From an uncultured Bacillota bacterium (GTDB lineage: Bacteria > Bacillota_I > Bacilli_A > RFN20 > CAG-288), in NCBI GenBank assembly GCA_949284445.1, contig CASDVP010000009.1, positions 14,609 through 78,608 of the forward strand: DNA of 64,000 nt. Reading direction: 5' to 3'. A model generated the notes under the pieces. It was not told where the DNA came from, did not search any database, and saw nothing but the letters and a program-made list of their open reading frames with translations. The translations under genes and the position numbers were made by a program. Positions 21,124-32,206 of the stretch are shown here, piece after piece. Each line of letters starts with the position of its first letter. Positions within the stretch are counted from its first letter, which is position 1.

Positions 21124-21150
21124 ACATCACTGATAAAATTAAAGACTCAT

Positions 21151-21185
21151 GCCTAATGGTGTAAAAACTGTTAGGCTTTTATTTT
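21151..21185 (+). terminator. Rho-independent terminator after the BI-1-like gene.
   Basis: Arms GCCTAA and TTAGGC around a 14-nt loop, followed by TTTTATTTT. Confidence 0.45.
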
Positions 21186-21240
21186 GTTCATGTGATTCAT
21201 ATATCAAAAGAAATGACTTATAATTATTTATTGAAGAAAT

Positions 21241-21747
21241 ATGAATAAAACATTTCAAAAAGAACCATTCTATTCAAAGTTTGTGAATGAGGACAATTTA
21301 TCACAGATTGAAGACAGCAAAATCAAACGCAAGTATTTTTCTAAGACATATGTGATCGCTGTTTTTGCCATGCTACCTGCGTTATATGCGACATTCATCG
21401 GATTTAATTTCACGCACCTTTTTTCTATCATCATATTCGTTATGGCTGTCATATCAGAAGTGGTCGCTATAGCGGCTTTGATCAAACTATATCTCATCGA
21501 CTCTGAGCACCATGTGTTCAGAAGAAAATTATATTTTTGGTTATTTTATCTTGCTTTTTTTGTAATAGGAATAGGAGCCTGTATTTGCGCGGCGTTTAAT
21601 ACGAAATTTATCGGAAATGATGATGGCTCGTTCAGAGTGGTTTTTAACCCTGCTTATTTCTTTTTTATATTCTTTCCTATCTATCTTGGATATATGCTTT
21701 TTTGCTATTATTCGTTTTTGAAGTGCTTTGTTAAATATTTGCGCTGA
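21241..21747 (+). CDS. Small hypothetical membrane protein with about 4 TM helices.
   Basis: ORF with hydrophobic helices and no recognisable motif. Confidence 0.45.
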   Translation: MNKTFQKEPFYSKFVNEDNLSQIEDSKIKRKYFSKTYVIAVFAMLPALYATFIGFNFTHLFSIIIFVMAVISEVVAIAALIKLYLIDSEHHVFRRKLYFWLFYLAFFVIGIGACICAAFNTKFIGNDDGSFRVVFNPAYFFFIFFPIYLGYMLFCYYSFLKCFVKYLR

Positions 21748-21749
21748 AT

Positions 21750-23069
21750 TTATAAATCTAAACTGTTTTGATCTAATAAAAATTCTTTTAAACCGATTAT
21801 TAAAATGCCATTGTCTTTTCGATAATGCTTAAAGTTGTTTCTTACTACGATTATTTTCTTAAAATAATCTCTTATATTAGTCAGCGGTTTTTCTTCCTGT
21901 TCCATTTTGTGAATATCTTCGATCGAATAGACTGATTGAACATAATATTTTTTACTTTCTTGATAGCAAACAAAATCAACTTCTAACTGCTTTCTTACAT
22001 AATTTTGGTTTATATTTTTTTCACTGATTTCTACTGAACCAACATCGATGTTGTATCCTCGATATTTAAGCTCGTTATAGATGATGTTCTCCATGATATG
22101 AGGTGGGTCTTGCTCTCTAAAGTTTAAGCGTGAATTTCTTAAACCGATATCTGAAAAATAATATTTTGATTTTGCTTTGATATATCTTCTTCCCTTTATG
22201 TCATATCTGTTCGCCTCATCGATTAAAAAGCTATCTTTCAGGTATCCGATATGCTTTTTAATGGTTGGACGAGTATAAATGATTTTAGATTTACTTTTGA
22301 ATGTGTTCTCAATATTAGTTGGACTAGTGAAGGAGCCGATTGAGGAAGCTAATATATCAATCAATCTTTCAAATGAATCCTGGTCTTCTATTCCGTTTCT
22401 TTCTACGATATCTTTAATATAAATTTCAGTGAATAAATTGCTGAGATAAGAAGCTTTTTGCTTTTCACTGCTCATAGATAGAATAAGAGGCATCCCACCA
22501 TAATAGGTGTAGTCTTCATATGCTTTTTCAAATTCTATTTCTTTCTGTGCAGAATAAAACTCTTTAAATGATAGAGGATACACTTTTATCTGATCTCCTC
22601 TTCCTCTGAATGTGGTGATGATATCGTTGGATAATAAATGAGAGTTGCTACCGGTCACATAGATGTCTAAATTTGGTTTCCTTAAATAACTGTTTAAAGT
22701 TCCGACGAAGTTATCTAGTAATTGAATCTCGTCTAACAGCAGGTAATATGGTCCATCATCGATTATCAAATCATTGATATAAGCTCGGAATTTTTTTGAA
22801 TTTACTAGAAAAATACGGTTGGATTTATCATATATTTTTGTTGGCTCGTCATTATGATATTTTTCTAATTTATCGATATCTTCATCAGTATCGAAAGCAA
22901 AGGTGATTATTCTTTCTTTAGGTATCCCCTTTTTGATCAAATAATCATAAAACAATTTAAAAACCAAATAAGATTTTCCACATCTTCTTATTCCAGTGAT
23001 AACTTTTACTAAGCCATTGTTCATTCTTGATATCAAATCATTTAAATATAGATCTCTGTTTATGGTCAT
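21750..23069 (-). CDS. AAA+ superfamily ATPase of the COG1373 type, with a C-terminal DUF4143-like domain.
   Basis: I chose the start at 23069 (MTINRDLYLNDLISRM) for its GAAGGA RBS. Walker A is ITGIRRCGKSYL and Walker B is LLLDEIQ. The C-terminal region resembles DUF4143. Confidence 0.75.
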   Translation of the reverse strand: MTINRDLYLNDLISRMNNGLVKVITGIRRCGKSYLVFKLFYDYLIKKGIPKERIITFAFDTDEDIDKLEKYHNDEPTKIYDKSNRIFLVNSKKFRAYINDLIIDDGPYYLLLDEIQLLDNFVGTLNSYLRKPNLDIYVTGSNSHLLSNDIITTFRGRGDQIKVYPLSFKEFYSAQKEIEFEKAYEDYTYYGGMPLILSMSSEKQKASYLSNLFTEIYIKDIVERNGIEDQDSFERLIDILASSIGSFTSPTNIENTFKSKSKIIYTRPTIKKHIGYLKDSFLIDEANRYDIKGRRYIKAKSKYYFSDIGLRNSRLNFREQDPPHIMENIIYNELKYRGYNIDVGSVEISEKNINQNYVRKQLEVDFVCYQESKKYYVQSVYSIEDIHKMEQEEKPLTNIRDYFKKIIVVRNNFKHYRKDNGILIIGLKEFLLDQNSLDL

Positions 23070-23224
23070 AATTGATCCTTCACTTTCATTTTCAGATTTT
23101 GCAAGTTCTTGCAATTTTCGAAAATGACGAATGCTTTTCAAACGTTAAAATCACTTTAAGTCTCTTTTGTTTGTGAGCAGAAAACACTTCTCTATAAGAA
23201 TAATAACTATCAAAAAATGTATTT

Positions 23225-24221
23225 ATGTTAAAAAGAAAAATAGATTTATATTTATCCGAATGAAAAAAATCGCCCAATAAGAAACCTCTGATTATCAAAG
23301 GCATGAGACAAGTTGGTAAAACCACTTCGATCAGAAATTTTAGCCATAGTTATGATTGTTTTTAGAGGTGAATTTTGTACTGGAACCGAAGTATAAAGCA
23401 GTATTTGAAGACACTGATGATGCTGAAGAGATTGTGAAACGCATCTCATTATTGAATAACAAACAGATTTTACCTGGTAAGACATTATTTTGCTTGATGA
23501 CATTCAAGAATTTCCGAGCGCTTTAACAAGTTTTAAGTCTTTTTATTATGAATAAAAAAATACCACGTTATAGCTTCTGGTTCATTATTCGGAATCGATT
23601 ATAAAAACATAACCTCTGTTCCTGTTGGTGCTAAAGAAGAAATCAAGATGAGATCTTTAGATTTTGAAGAGTTTTTGTGGGCGAAAGGCTATGATTCATC
23701 TTTTGTTGATGAAATATATCAATATTTAATCAATTTAAAAGAACTACCTCCTTTTTATTTGAAACTATTGTTTGATTTATTTGAAGAGTACTTATTGATA
23801 GGTGGTTTGCCTGAAGCTGTTTTTAAATATGCGATGCTAGGTCATGGTGCGAGATTATCCTTGCGTTCAATAGATAAGAGATGCTGGCTTGATCAATATA
23901 GTTAATAATTTAAAACTTTTAGATAAACCATTATCTATTAATAAGTTAGATAATAATTTCCGAATGTATTTTTCAGATACAACTTTATTTTTGAATCAAT
24001 TAGATAAACAAGATAAAGAAAAAATAAGAATAGATAAAGACTATGATATTTTTAACGGCGCTTTTTATGAAAATGTCATCTGTGAAGCTTTGATAAAACA
24101 AGAATTCGAACCTTATTTTTATAAAAGCGAGGATGCTACTGTCGAGCTTGATTTTTTCCTCAGAGTAAAAGATGGCTTAGTTCCGATAGAGGTGAAGAGA
24201 AACCGAGGAAGAAGTTCATAA
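23225..24221 (+). pseudogene. Decayed paralog of a COG1373 AAA+ ATPase with an in-frame stop and several frameshifts.
   Basis: MLKRKIDLYLSE is followed by TGA at 23261. Family motifs then continue in shifted frames: PLIIKGMRQVGKTT (Walker A), ILLDDIQEFPSALTSFK (Walker B), ASGSLFGIDYKN, SLDFEEFLWAKGY, LIGGLPEAV, and the DUF4143-like ELDFFLRVKDGLVPIEVK. This spans ORF fragments 23648..23905 and 23889..24221. Confidence 0.65.
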
Positions 24222-24446
24222 AGTTTATATTAGATAAAAAATCCCGGTAGATATAAAGCTATCTAAAACTAATATTTCTCACAATGAGAAAATCATCAAT
24301 ATTCTTTACGCATTGACTTTTCTATTACAACGTTTCTTTAATGAATCACCGCTTTTCAATTATCATCGATGAGAGAACTGAGTCTTTCAAAACTAGCGAT
24401 ATTTGTTTCTTTTTTGTAAATTATTGAAATGTTTTAAAAAAAATCT

Positions 24447-24474
24447 TTGACTTTTAAATATCATCAATTATAAT
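24447..24474 (+). promoter_or_regulatory. Sigma70-type promoter of the str operon: TTGACT, 16 nt spacer, TATAAT, with an upstream A8 tract as a possible UP-like element.
   Basis: TTGACT at 24447-52 and TATAAT at 24469-74. A8 at 24436-43. It lies about 110 nt upstream of rpsL. Confidence 0.55.
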
Positions 24475-24582
24475 TTTCCTTGTCTATGCGCGGGGTTTAG
24501 CCCGTTCTTTTTATGGGAAGAACAGAAAACGCCCGGAGCTGTGGACGAAAAATTAATAATATTTGCATTCGGGAGGAAAGAA

Positions 24583-25008
24583 ATGCCTACTATTAATCAG
24601 TTAGTGCGTCATGAAAGACGCCAACCCGTCTACAAGTCTAAATCACCTGCTTTAGGCAAGAGATGGGATTCATTAAACAAGAGAGAAAGATATATTCCTT
24701 CTCCACAAAAGAAAGGTGTCTGTACTCGTGTCGGTACCATGACTCCTAAAAAACCTAACTCTGCTGCTCGTAAATACGCCAGAGTCAGATTATCCAACGG
24801 TTATGAAGTCACTGCTTATATCGGCGGTGAAGGCCACAACTTACAGGAACACAAAGTCGTCTTGATCAGAGGCGGACACGTCCGTGATTTACCTGGTGTC
24901 AGATATCACATCGTTCGTGGTGCCTTAGAATGTTTCGGTGTTGAAAACCGTAAACAAGGTCGTTCCTTATATGGAACCAAGAAAGACGGCAGCGTCCAGA
25001 AGAAGTAG
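24583..25008 (+). CDS. rpsL: 30S ribosomal protein S12.
   Basis: MPTINQLVR...PKKPNSA...[19 protein letters not shown] 6 nt upstream. The ORF-track start at 24541 is an upstream in-frame extension. Confidence 0.95.
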   Translation: MPTINQLVRHERRQPVYKSKSPALGKRWDSLNKRERYIPSPQKKGVCTRVGTMTPKKPNSAARKYARVRLSNGYEVTAYIGGEGHNLQEHKVVLIRGGHVRDLPGVRYHIVRGALECFGVENRKQGRSLYGTKKDGSVQKK

Positions 25009-25031
25009 TTTGAAGAAGGAGTAACTATATT

Positions 25032-25505
25032 ATGCCTAGAAAGAATGGTTCTGTTCAAAGAAGAGATGTCCTCCCTGATCCTATCTATAATTCCAAATTG
25101 GTCACAAGACTTATCAACCGTATCATGTTAGATGGTAAAAAGGGCACTGCTCAAACTATCCTCTATGGTGCTTTTGATAAAGTCGCTGCTAAGACTGGAA
25201 AACCCGCTCTCGAAGTCTTCGAAATCGCTTTAGGAAACATCATGCCTGAAGTCGAATTAAAGGCTAGAAGAGTCGGTGCTAGTAACTATCAAGTCCCGAT
25301 CGAAGTCGCCCCTGAAAGAAAAGTGACTTTAGGCCTCAGATGGTTAGTCACCTATGCTCGTTTACGTAACGAGAAGAATATGACCGATAAGCTCGCTGGT
25401 GAAATCATCGATGCTGCTAACGGCACTGGTGGTGCAGTCAAACGTCGTGATGATATGCACAAGACTGCTGAAGCCAACAAAGCTTATGCTCATTATCGTT
25501 GGTAA
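25032..25505 (+). CDS. rpsG: 30S ribosomal protein S7.
   Basis: MPRKN...[18 protein letters not shown]. Confidence 0.95.
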   Translation: MPRKNGSVQRRDVLPDPIYNSKLVTRLINRIMLDGKKGTAQTILYGAFDKVAAKTGKPALEVFEIALGNIMPEVELKARRVGASNYQVPIEVAPERKVTLGLRWLVTYARLRNEKNMTDKLAGEIIDAANGTGGAVKRRDDMHKTAEANKAYAHYRW

Positions 25506-25531
25506 TTCGTTTTTTAAAGGAGAAATCACTT

Positions 25532-27661
25532 ATGGCAATGGATAACGACCAGGCGATGGTTGCGACCTACGAGGCCGTACCTCTTGATCATGTTAGAAAC
25601 ATCGGCATCATGGCTCATATCGATGCTGGTAAGACTACTACTTCCGAACGTATCCTCTTCTATACTGGTAAAACCCATAAGATCGGTGAAGTTCATGATG
25701 GCGGTGCTTCCATGGACTTCGATCCTCAGGAACAAAAGAGAGGTATCACTATCTATTCTGCAGCTACAACCTGCTTATGGAAAAATTATCGTATCAATTT
25801 GATCGATACTCCTGGACACGTCGACTTTACCGCTGAGGTTGAAAGATCTTTACGTGTTCTCGATGGTGCTGTCTGTGTTCTCGATGGTAAAAATGGTGTT
25901 GAGCCTCAAACTGAAACCGTTTGGAGACAAGCTGATAAATACAATATTCCTAGAATCGTCTTCGTTAATAAATTGGATGCGACTGGTGCAGACTTCGAAA
26001 TGTCAGTTGAATCTATCAAGACTAAACTCGGTGGAAATGGTGTTGCTATCGCTTATCCTGTCGGCTTAGAGAATCGTTTGTTAGGTTTGATCGACTTGAT
26101 AGAGATGAAGGCTTGGTTATGGGATTTAGATCCTAAAAAGTCTTCGCTCATGTCACCTAATATCGTCGATTTAGATCAGATTCCTGCTGGCTATGAACAC
26201 GATATCGAACAAGCTAAGCTCTATAGAAGTCATATGTTAGAGCAATTGGCTAATTTCGATGATGATATCATGGCTTGCTTATTAGAAGAGAGCGAACCCA
26301 GTCCTGAAGACATCAAAAAAGCTATCAGAAAATGCGTCTTAGCTGGTTCCATCTATCCTTGTATCCCTGGCTCTGCTTATAAAAATAAGAGCGTCCAATA
26401 CTTATTGGATGCTGTCACTGAATTTTTACCTTCACCATTAGATGTCAAACCTTCTGTCGGTAAAGATTCACAAGGAAACGATGTTGTCTGCAATCCTGAT
26501 CCTAAAGGACCTTTCGTCGCTTTAGCCTTCAAGATCACCACTAACCAATTCGGTAATATGTGCTTCTTCCGTGTCTATTCAGGTTCTATCAAATCTGGTT
26601 CTTATGTTTATAACGTCAGAAAAGGCGCTAAAGAACGTGTCTCACGTTTAATCTTAGTCAACGCTTCTTCTTCTGAAACTATCGGTGAAGCTAAAGCAGG
26701 TGAAATCGCAGCTGCTATCGGCTTCTCTGCAACTAGAACTGGTGATACTTTAGTCGGTGAAAATGATCCGCATATCACTCTTGAATCCATCAAATTTGCT
26801 GATCCTGTCATCTCTGAAGCTATCGAACCAGTTTCTAAGAACGATCAAGATAAGATGGCTACTGCTCTTATCAAATTCACTGAAGAAGATCCTACCTTCC
26901 ACTACTATACCGATAAAGAAACCGGTCAAGGCATCATCGCTGGTGTCGGTGAACTTCAACTCGATGTCAACGTCACTCGTTTAAGAAATGATTACAAGAT
27001 CGCTTGTAAAGTCGGCGCACCTCAGGTCGCTTATAGAGAAACCATCAAAACCACTGCTGAGTGCGAAGGTAAATACATCAAGCAATCCGGTGGTCATGGT
27101 CAATATGGTCACGTCGTCTTCCGTATGGAACCTAACCCTGGTAAGGGTATCGAATTAGTCGATGCTATCACCGGTGGTGCTATTCCTAAGGAATTCATCA
27201 AACCTTCTTTGGACGGCTTGAAGGATGCTATGGAAAGAGGTATGATCGCTGGCTATCCTGTCATCGATGTCAAAGCTACCTTGTTCTATGGTTCCTACCA
27301 CGATGTCGACTCTTCAGAAGCCGCTTATAGATTAGCTTCTCAACAGGCCTTAAAGGTCGCTGCTGAAAAATGTCATCCTGTCATTCTTGAACCTATCGTC
27401 AGAGCTGATATCACCACTCCGCTTGATTATGTCGGAACCGTTATGGGAGATATCTCTTCTAGAAGAGGTTCAGTTGAAGGTATGATTCAAAAAGCTAATG
27501 CTCAAGTCATCACGGCTAAGATCCCATTAGCTAACATGTTCGGTTATATCTCTGATTTGAGATCTATGACTCAAGGTAGAGGTATCTACAACATGGAGTT
27601 CGATCACTATCAAGAAGTCCCTCGTTCTGTTCAAGAAGAGATCGTTAAGAAGAGAGGTTAA
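25532..27661 (+). CDS. fusA: Elongation factor G.
   Basis: ATG at 25532 ([10 protein letters not shown]...) follows an AAAGGAGA RBS. The ORF track starts earlier at a [17 protein letters not shown] and DTPGHVDF are present. Confidence 0.95.
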   Translation: MAMDNDQAMVATYEAVPLDHVRNIGIMAHIDAGKTTTSERILFYTGKTHKIGEVHDGGASMDFDPQEQKRGITIYSAATTCLWKNYRINLIDTPGHVDFTAEVERSLRVLDGAVCVLDGKNGVEPQTETVWRQADKYNIPRIVFVNKLDATGADFEMSVESIKTKLGGNGVAIAYPVGLENRLLGLIDLIEMKAWLWDLDPKKSSLMSPNIVDLDQIPAGYEHDIEQAKLYRSHMLEQLANFDDDIMACLLEESEPSPEDIKKAIRKCVLAGSIYPCIPGSAYKNKSVQYLLDAVTEFLPSPLDVKPSVGKDSQGNDVVCNPDPKGPFVALAFKITTNQFGNMCFFRVYSGSIKSGSYVYNVRKGAKERVSRLILVNASSSETIGEAKAGEIAAAIGFSATRTGDTLVGENDPHITLESIKFADPVISEAIEPVSKNDQDKMATALIKFTEEDPTFHYYTDKETGQGIIAGVGELQLDVNVTRLRNDYKIACKVGAPQVAYRETIKTTAECEGKYIKQSGGHGQYGHVVFRMEPNPGKGIELVDAITGGAIPKEFIKPSLDGLKDAMERGMIAGYPVIDVKATLFYGSYHDVDSSEAAYRLASQQALKVAAEKCHPVILEPIVRADITTPLDYVGTVMGDISSRRGSVEGMIQKANAQVITAKIPLANMFGYISDLRSMTQGRGIYNMEFDHYQEVPRSVQEEIVKKRG

Positions 27662-27735
27662 CACCTCCCTTCTTGCAAATTACACTTAAAAAGTGTATAG
27701 TCATTAAGAATCTATTTTGGAGGAAAAAATAAATT

Positions 27736-28920
27736 ATGGCTAAACAAAAGTTCGACCGTTCCAAGCCGAATGTTAACATCGGTACTATCGGTCACGTTGA
27801 TCACGGAAAGACTACTCTCACTGCTGCTATCACTCAAACCTTAGCTAAAGAAGGCTTAGCCCAAGCTATGCGTTATGATCAGGTTGATGCAGCTCCTGAA
27901 GAGAAAGCTCGTGGTGTTACTATTAACGCTGCTCACATCGAGTACGAAACTGCTAGTAGACACTATTGTCACGTCGACTGCCCTGGACACGCTGACTACA
28001 TCAAGAACATGATCACTGGCGCCGCTCAAATGGATGGTGCTATCTTGGTCGTCGCTGCTACTGATGGTGTTATGCCTCAGACCAGAGAACACGTCTTATT
28101 AGCTCGTCAAGTCGGTGTTCCTTACATCGTTGTTTTCTTAAATAAATGCGATGCTGTCGATGATCCTGAACTTATCGACTTAGTTGAAATGGATGTCCGT
28201 GATTTATTAAGCAAGTACGGTTATCCGGGTGATGAAGTTCCTGTCATCAGAGGTTCTGCCTTAAAGGCTTTAAACGGCGATGCTGATGCTCAAAAATCCA
28301 TCATCGAGCTCATGAATGCTGTTGATTCCTATATCCCAACTCCTGCTAGAGAAAATGACAAACCATTCTTAATGGCTGTCGAAGATGTCATGACCATCAC
28401 CGGTCGTGGTACCGTTGCTACTGGTAGAGTTGAAAGAGGTATCATCCGTCCTAACGATGAAGTCGAAATCGTCGGTATCAAAGATACCCGTAAATGTGTC
28501 TGCACTTCCTTAGAAATGTTCCGTAAGACTCTTGATTATGCTGAGGCTGGTGATAACGTTGGTGCCTTATTAAGAGGTGTCGATCGTGATCAGATCGTCC
28601 GTGGTCAAGTCTTATGCAAACCTGGTTCAGTCACTCCTCATAAGAAGTTTAAGGCTCAAGTCTATGTCTTAAAGAAAGAAGAAGGTGGCCGTCATACCGC
28701 TTTCACCAACAACTATAGACCTCAGTTCTATTTCAGAACTACTGATGTCACTGGCACCATCACTCTTCCTGAAGGCACCCAAATGGTCATGCCTGGCGAT
28801 AACGTTGAGTTAACTGTTGAGCTCATCCATCCTATCGCTATCGAAGCTAACACCAAGTTCTCCATCCGTGAAGGTGGTCACACTGTCGGTGCTGGTACCG
28901 TCTCCGCTTTACTCGACTAA
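27736..28920 (+). CDS. tuf: Elongation factor Tu.
   Basis: [33 protein letters not shown] and DCPGHADY are present. GGAGG RBS. Confidence 0.97.
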   Translation: MAKQKFDRSKPNVNIGTIGHVDHGKTTLTAAITQTLAKEGLAQAMRYDQVDAAPEEKARGVTINAAHIEYETASRHYCHVDCPGHADYIKNMITGAAQMDGAILVVAATDGVMPQTREHVLLARQVGVPYIVVFLNKCDAVDDPELIDLVEMDVRDLLSKYGYPGDEVPVIRGSALKALNGDADAQKSIIELMNAVDSYIPTPARENDKPFLMAVEDVMTITGRGTVATGRVERGIIRPNDEVEIVGIKDTRKCVCTSLEMFRKTLDYAEAGDNVGALLRGVDRDQIVRGQVLCKPGSVTPHKKFKAQVYVLKKEEGGRHTAFTNNYRPQFYFRTTDVTGTITLPEGTQMVMPGDNVELTVELIHPIAIEANTKFSIREGGHTVGAGTVSALLD

Positions 28921-28941
28921 TCTGTAATTCTTAAGTAAATT

Positions 28942-28973
28942 AAAGCTATCTCAGAAATGAGGTAGCTTTTTTT
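28942..28973 (+). terminator. Rho-independent terminator of the str operon.
   Basis: AGCTATCTCA, gaaa loop, TGAGGTAGCT (one G-U pair), then T7. Confidence 0.7.
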
Positions 28974-29026
28974 GATCTCAAAATGTTAAAAATACGCGAT
29001 TTATTGCGAGGTTTTTAAAGAAACAC

Positions 29027-29056
29027 TTGACGAACTGGGGGGGGTGTTAATATTAC
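29027..29056 (+). promoter_or_regulatory. Putative promoter with a G8 homopolymer in the spacer.
   Basis: TTGACG -35 at 29027-32. Candidate -10 elements are TATTAC at 29051-56 (18 nt spacer) or TAATAT at 29048-53 (15 nt spacer). G8 at 29037-44. An AGGAGG RBS sits 8 nt before the ATG at 29075. Confidence 0.35.
29037..29044 (+). repeat. Poly-G8 tract.
   Basis: Read directly: ctGGGGGGGGtg. A G8 run is rare in AT-rich DNA. Confidence 0.9.
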
Positions 29057-29074
29057 ACGTAGGAGGTAAATGTA

Positions 29075-29332
29075 ATGAGTGATAGTGCAAGAATCCGTCA
29101 TTGTCAAGATACGAAAGAGATGAAAAGAGTCATGGAAGATTTGATCACTGCAGTTTATAAAGTTGAATCACGTGGTGAGAATAGCGCCCTTATGGCCAAG
29201 AAAGCCCCCAAGAATAAACATGGGTTGGTATTCTTATGTACTTTCTGGTTCACGCTTGGAATCGGTAACCTCATCTATGCTCTTCTCCCATCTAAGAATG
29301 ACGATAAAGTCATGCTTAAGATAGATAATTAA
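29075..29332 (+). CDS. Small (85 aa) hypothetical single-TM protein.
   Basis: Strong AGGAGG RBS. C-terminal hydrophobic helix GLVFLCTFWFTLGIGNLIYALL. Confidence 0.45.
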   Translation: MSDSARIRHCQDTKEMKRVMEDLITAVYKVESRGENSALMAKKAPKNKHGLVFLCTFWFTLGIGNLIYALLPSKNDDKVMLKIDN

Positions 29333-29526
29333 TCAAACAAAATATTGCTCGGCAGATCACTACTGACTGTTAGGCAATATTTTTTATTTGTTCTATTCAT
29401 TTACATAAAAGTTGTCAAATATTACTTCAGGTTTCAAATTTAGAAATACAGGTTGCTTTTGATATAACAAAGCTAATTTTAATATGTAAAATCAGTGTTC
29501 AAGATTCAAAGGCACATATGACTGCT

Positions 29527-32205
29527 TTAGATATCATATTTCGTCAGTATCTTATGCGGAGTTTTTAATAACAAGATAGCTAATGGGATCATAATCGCTA
29601 TGAAGACTAACAGATATCCAGCAAGGGCACCTAGCACAATAGCGCTGACTGGTGCGACTATTGAAGTGATGACAAATATCAAAGCGATCATCAATAAGTA
29701 AGGGATCAGGAATTGAGTAGTCAGAGTGATGAATGTGTTGATCACATAATGCATCACTATTTGAATGCGTTTCATTCCTAAGGAACGATAAATTCCGATC
29801 GCTTTTAAGTCGACAGCCATTTTAGATCTGAATAACAATGCGTAAAGCAGCAATTCTATACCTGCGATGATGATTATTACAGTGTAAACAGTGACGAGAA
29901 CATCGTTATTGGATTGAGAAAGAATGCTGGTATCAGTCGCTTTTAAATCTTCTTTATTTTTGTAATATGAAATTGTTTTAGAAAGATTACCGGTTAAAAA
30001 GATGTAGTAAGTGGTCGATTGTCCAAAAAGATTTCGATAAGTGATAGTTTTTATGCTTTCACCGATTTTTAAATCTACTGGGTGTTTTTCATCAGCATAT
30101 ACCATTAAATCATCATTGCCAGTAAAAGTTCCAATGACGAGATAATTATCTAGGACAAATGACTGATTCGGCTGATAATCTGAGACGATATATTTTAGAT
30201 TATTTAGCCATGATTCATTGATGTAGACTTTAGGATAAGTGCTATAGTTATTTGTTGTGTTAAAGTCTTTGAATTGTGATTTTCCTTCATTTCGACTAGA
30301 GATGGTAGGAACGTTATTAAAGATGTAATTAAAGAATAAATTCGAATACTTCGTGTCGTTTTCAGGAACATATAAACGATAGTCTTGTTCATCAGTGACA
30401 TTGTTATATAATTCTTTTAAAAATGTAGAGGCTTCTTCTTTATCTGTATTTCCTGTCAAATTGATCAGGCTTTTATAGTTCAATAGATAATTTTGAATGC
30501 CTTGTGAGATTTTTATAGTAGAAACAGTTGGATCTTCAATGATTTGTAACTCAGATAATAATTCAAGGAGTTGTTTTCTCTGATTGATAATATCAAAATC
30601 TGAAGATTGATAAATGATGTTTGAGCAGTCATTAAAGAAAGAAAACCAAAATATATCTAGATTATTATTTAAATTACCGACGATGATAAGATTCATCGAA
30701 TAGTCGATGATATCTTTGATCGTATAATTCTTTAGAGCACCATATTCATCATAAAAAGAGATTGTGGTTCCTTTTAAAGACTTTATATCTGGATGCTCAG
30801 AATCGATGAGATTTAAGGCGAATTCTAAACTGATAACCACTTCATCATCTTTGATATCATTCATGTGATCATAGTTGATATAAGAGAGACTTAAATCTTT
30901 ACTGCCAAACAAGTTGCAAGGTTCGTTATTGGTGTAAATCGGATTAAAAGTTAAGTTAGTAACACCTTTTACATTATTTTCGGGATCAAAGATGATCTCT
31001 TTTAATTCTTCGTTTGATAATAGACTGTTTTCTCGATAGATGACAACGTTTTTAGAGCTGTCAAATTGAGAAGCTAAACTATTATAACTTTCGTGCAGAA
31101 CACCGAGTATGGTGGAACCGATCGCTAAGGAGATCGCGATGAATATCGATAAGATCAAAGTTAATTTTCGTTGTTTTTTAGTGATGCTATTTTTAAAGAA
31201 GCCAGGGGTGAAAAAGACATGTTTTCTCTCATTTTTGAAATCAGAAGTGTCGTAAGTATCAACTTGGGAAAGTGCTCTTTTTCTTTTAATTTCTTTTTGT
31301 TCAGCACTGATCTTATCAAAATCAGAAGTTAAATCTTCTTTAGTGACTTGAAAGTCATCAGGAATATAGATATAGTTTTTACCATTTTTAACAAATATTT
31401 TTATCTCTGATGAAGCAGTATTAGTCTCATCACTCATCAGTGAAACATTGATATTTCCGACGGTTGATGAATGATTCTTGATTGTGATCTCTTCTGGTTC
31501 TTCACCAGTTTCAGTCGCTTCTTTTTCTTTATTAAATTCTTTTAGATCCAGTTTACCGTCTTGGATGTGATAAATGATATCTGCGTATTTATTTGCTAGG
31601 TTTTCGTTATGAGTGACACAGATGATCAGCATCTTCTTAGATAACTTTTTAAGTATGTCCATAATAGCAGCGCTATTATCGCTATCTAAATTGCCTGTCG
31701 GTTCATCTGCTAATAAGATTTTAGGCATGATGGCAATAGCTCTTGCTATAGCTACTCTTTGCTTTTGACCAAGCGATAAAGAAGAGGCCTTTCTTCTTTT
31801 ATAAAGGATTAAACCAACCGCTTTTAAAGCAGCATCAATGCGTTTCTTCTGTTCGGATTTATCAACTATTCCACTGATGATCAAACCTCGTCTGATATTC
31901 TCAGTGATAGTGATATCTTCATCGATATAAAAATCTTGAAAGACATAACCGATGTTACAAGCACGATATTTATCAAAAGTAAAAGGCTTATAACCGGATA
32001 CGGTTACCGAATCATCATAAGTTATCTGACCATCATAATCATCAAGACCACCGATGATGTTTAAAAGCGTGGATTTACCAGAGCCAGATTTACCGAGTAA
32101 AATGACTAAACCATTATTCGGAAGTTCTAAAGATAAGGAGCTGACAGCATTGATGGTTTGAGAACCATTTTTGAATTGCTTATCAATATTTGTTAGTTTG
32201 ATCAT
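29527..32205 (-). CDS. ABC transporter ATP-binding plus FtsX-type permease fusion (MacB-like).
   Basis: I chose the start at 32205 (MIKLTNIDKQF), which has a GGAGG RBS 8 nt upstream lying inside the end of the upstream gene. Walker A GKSGSGKST, signature LSLGQKQRVA, Walker B LLADEP. A large extracytoplasmic domain sits between TM1 and the three C-terminal FtsX-like TM helices. Confidence 0.85.
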   Translation of the reverse strand: MIKLTNIDKQFKNGSQTINAVSSLSLELPNNGLVILLGKSGSGKSTLLNIIGGLDDYDGQITYDDSVTVSGYKPFTFDKYRACNIGYVFQDFYIDEDITITENIRRGLIISGIVDKSEQKKRIDAALKAVGLILYKRRKASSLSLGQKQRVAIARAIAIMPKILLADEPTGNLDSDNSAAIMDILKKLSKKMLIICVTHNENLANKYADIIYHIQDGKLDLKEFNKEKEATETGEEPEEITIKNHSSTVGNINVSLMSDETNTASSEIKIFVKNGKNYIYIPDDFQVTKEDLTSDFDKISAEQKEIKRKRALSQVDTYDTSDFKNERKHVFFTPGFFKNSITKKQRKLTLILSIFIAISLAIGSTILGVLHESYNSLASQFDSSKNVVIYRENSLLSNEELKEIIFDPENNVKGVTNLTFNPIYTNNEPCNLFGSKDLSLSYINYDHMNDIKDDEVVISLEFALNLIDSEHPDIKSLKGTTISFYDEYGALKNYTIKDIIDYSMNLIIVGNLNNNLDIFWFSFFNDCSNIIYQSSDFDIINQRKQLLELLSELQIIEDPTVSTIKISQGIQNYLLNYKSLINLTGNTDKEEASTFLKELYNNVTDEQDYRLYVPENDTKYSNLFFNYIFNNVPTISSRNEGKSQFKDFNTTNNYSTYPKVYINESWLNNLKYIVSDYQPNQSFVLDNYLVIGTFTGNDDLMVYADEKHPVDLKIGESIKTITYRNLFGQSTTYYIFLTGNLSKTISYYKNKEDLKATDTSILSQSNNDVLVTVYTVIIIIAGIELLLYALLFRSKMAVDLKAIGIYRSLGMKRIQIVMHYVINTFITLTTQFLIPYLLMIALIFVITSIVAPVSAIVLGALAGYLLVFIAIMIPLAILLLKTPHKILTKYDI

Positions 32206-32206
32206 C

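Noticed and set aside
24481-24582. A possible structured leader or riboswitch in the 5' UTR of rpsL. Small hairpins are CGGGgtttagCCCG and GTTCTTtttatgggAAGAAC.
   Set aside because: The hairpins are short. I cannot match them to a known ribosomal-protein leader or riboswitch consensus from the sequence alone.
29336-29390. A bidirectional terminator between the small ORF and the convergent ABC gene: arms AAATATTGC and GCAATATTT around a 29-nt loop, followed by a T-run.
   Set aside because: The loop is too long for a confident intrinsic terminator. I left it unannotated.
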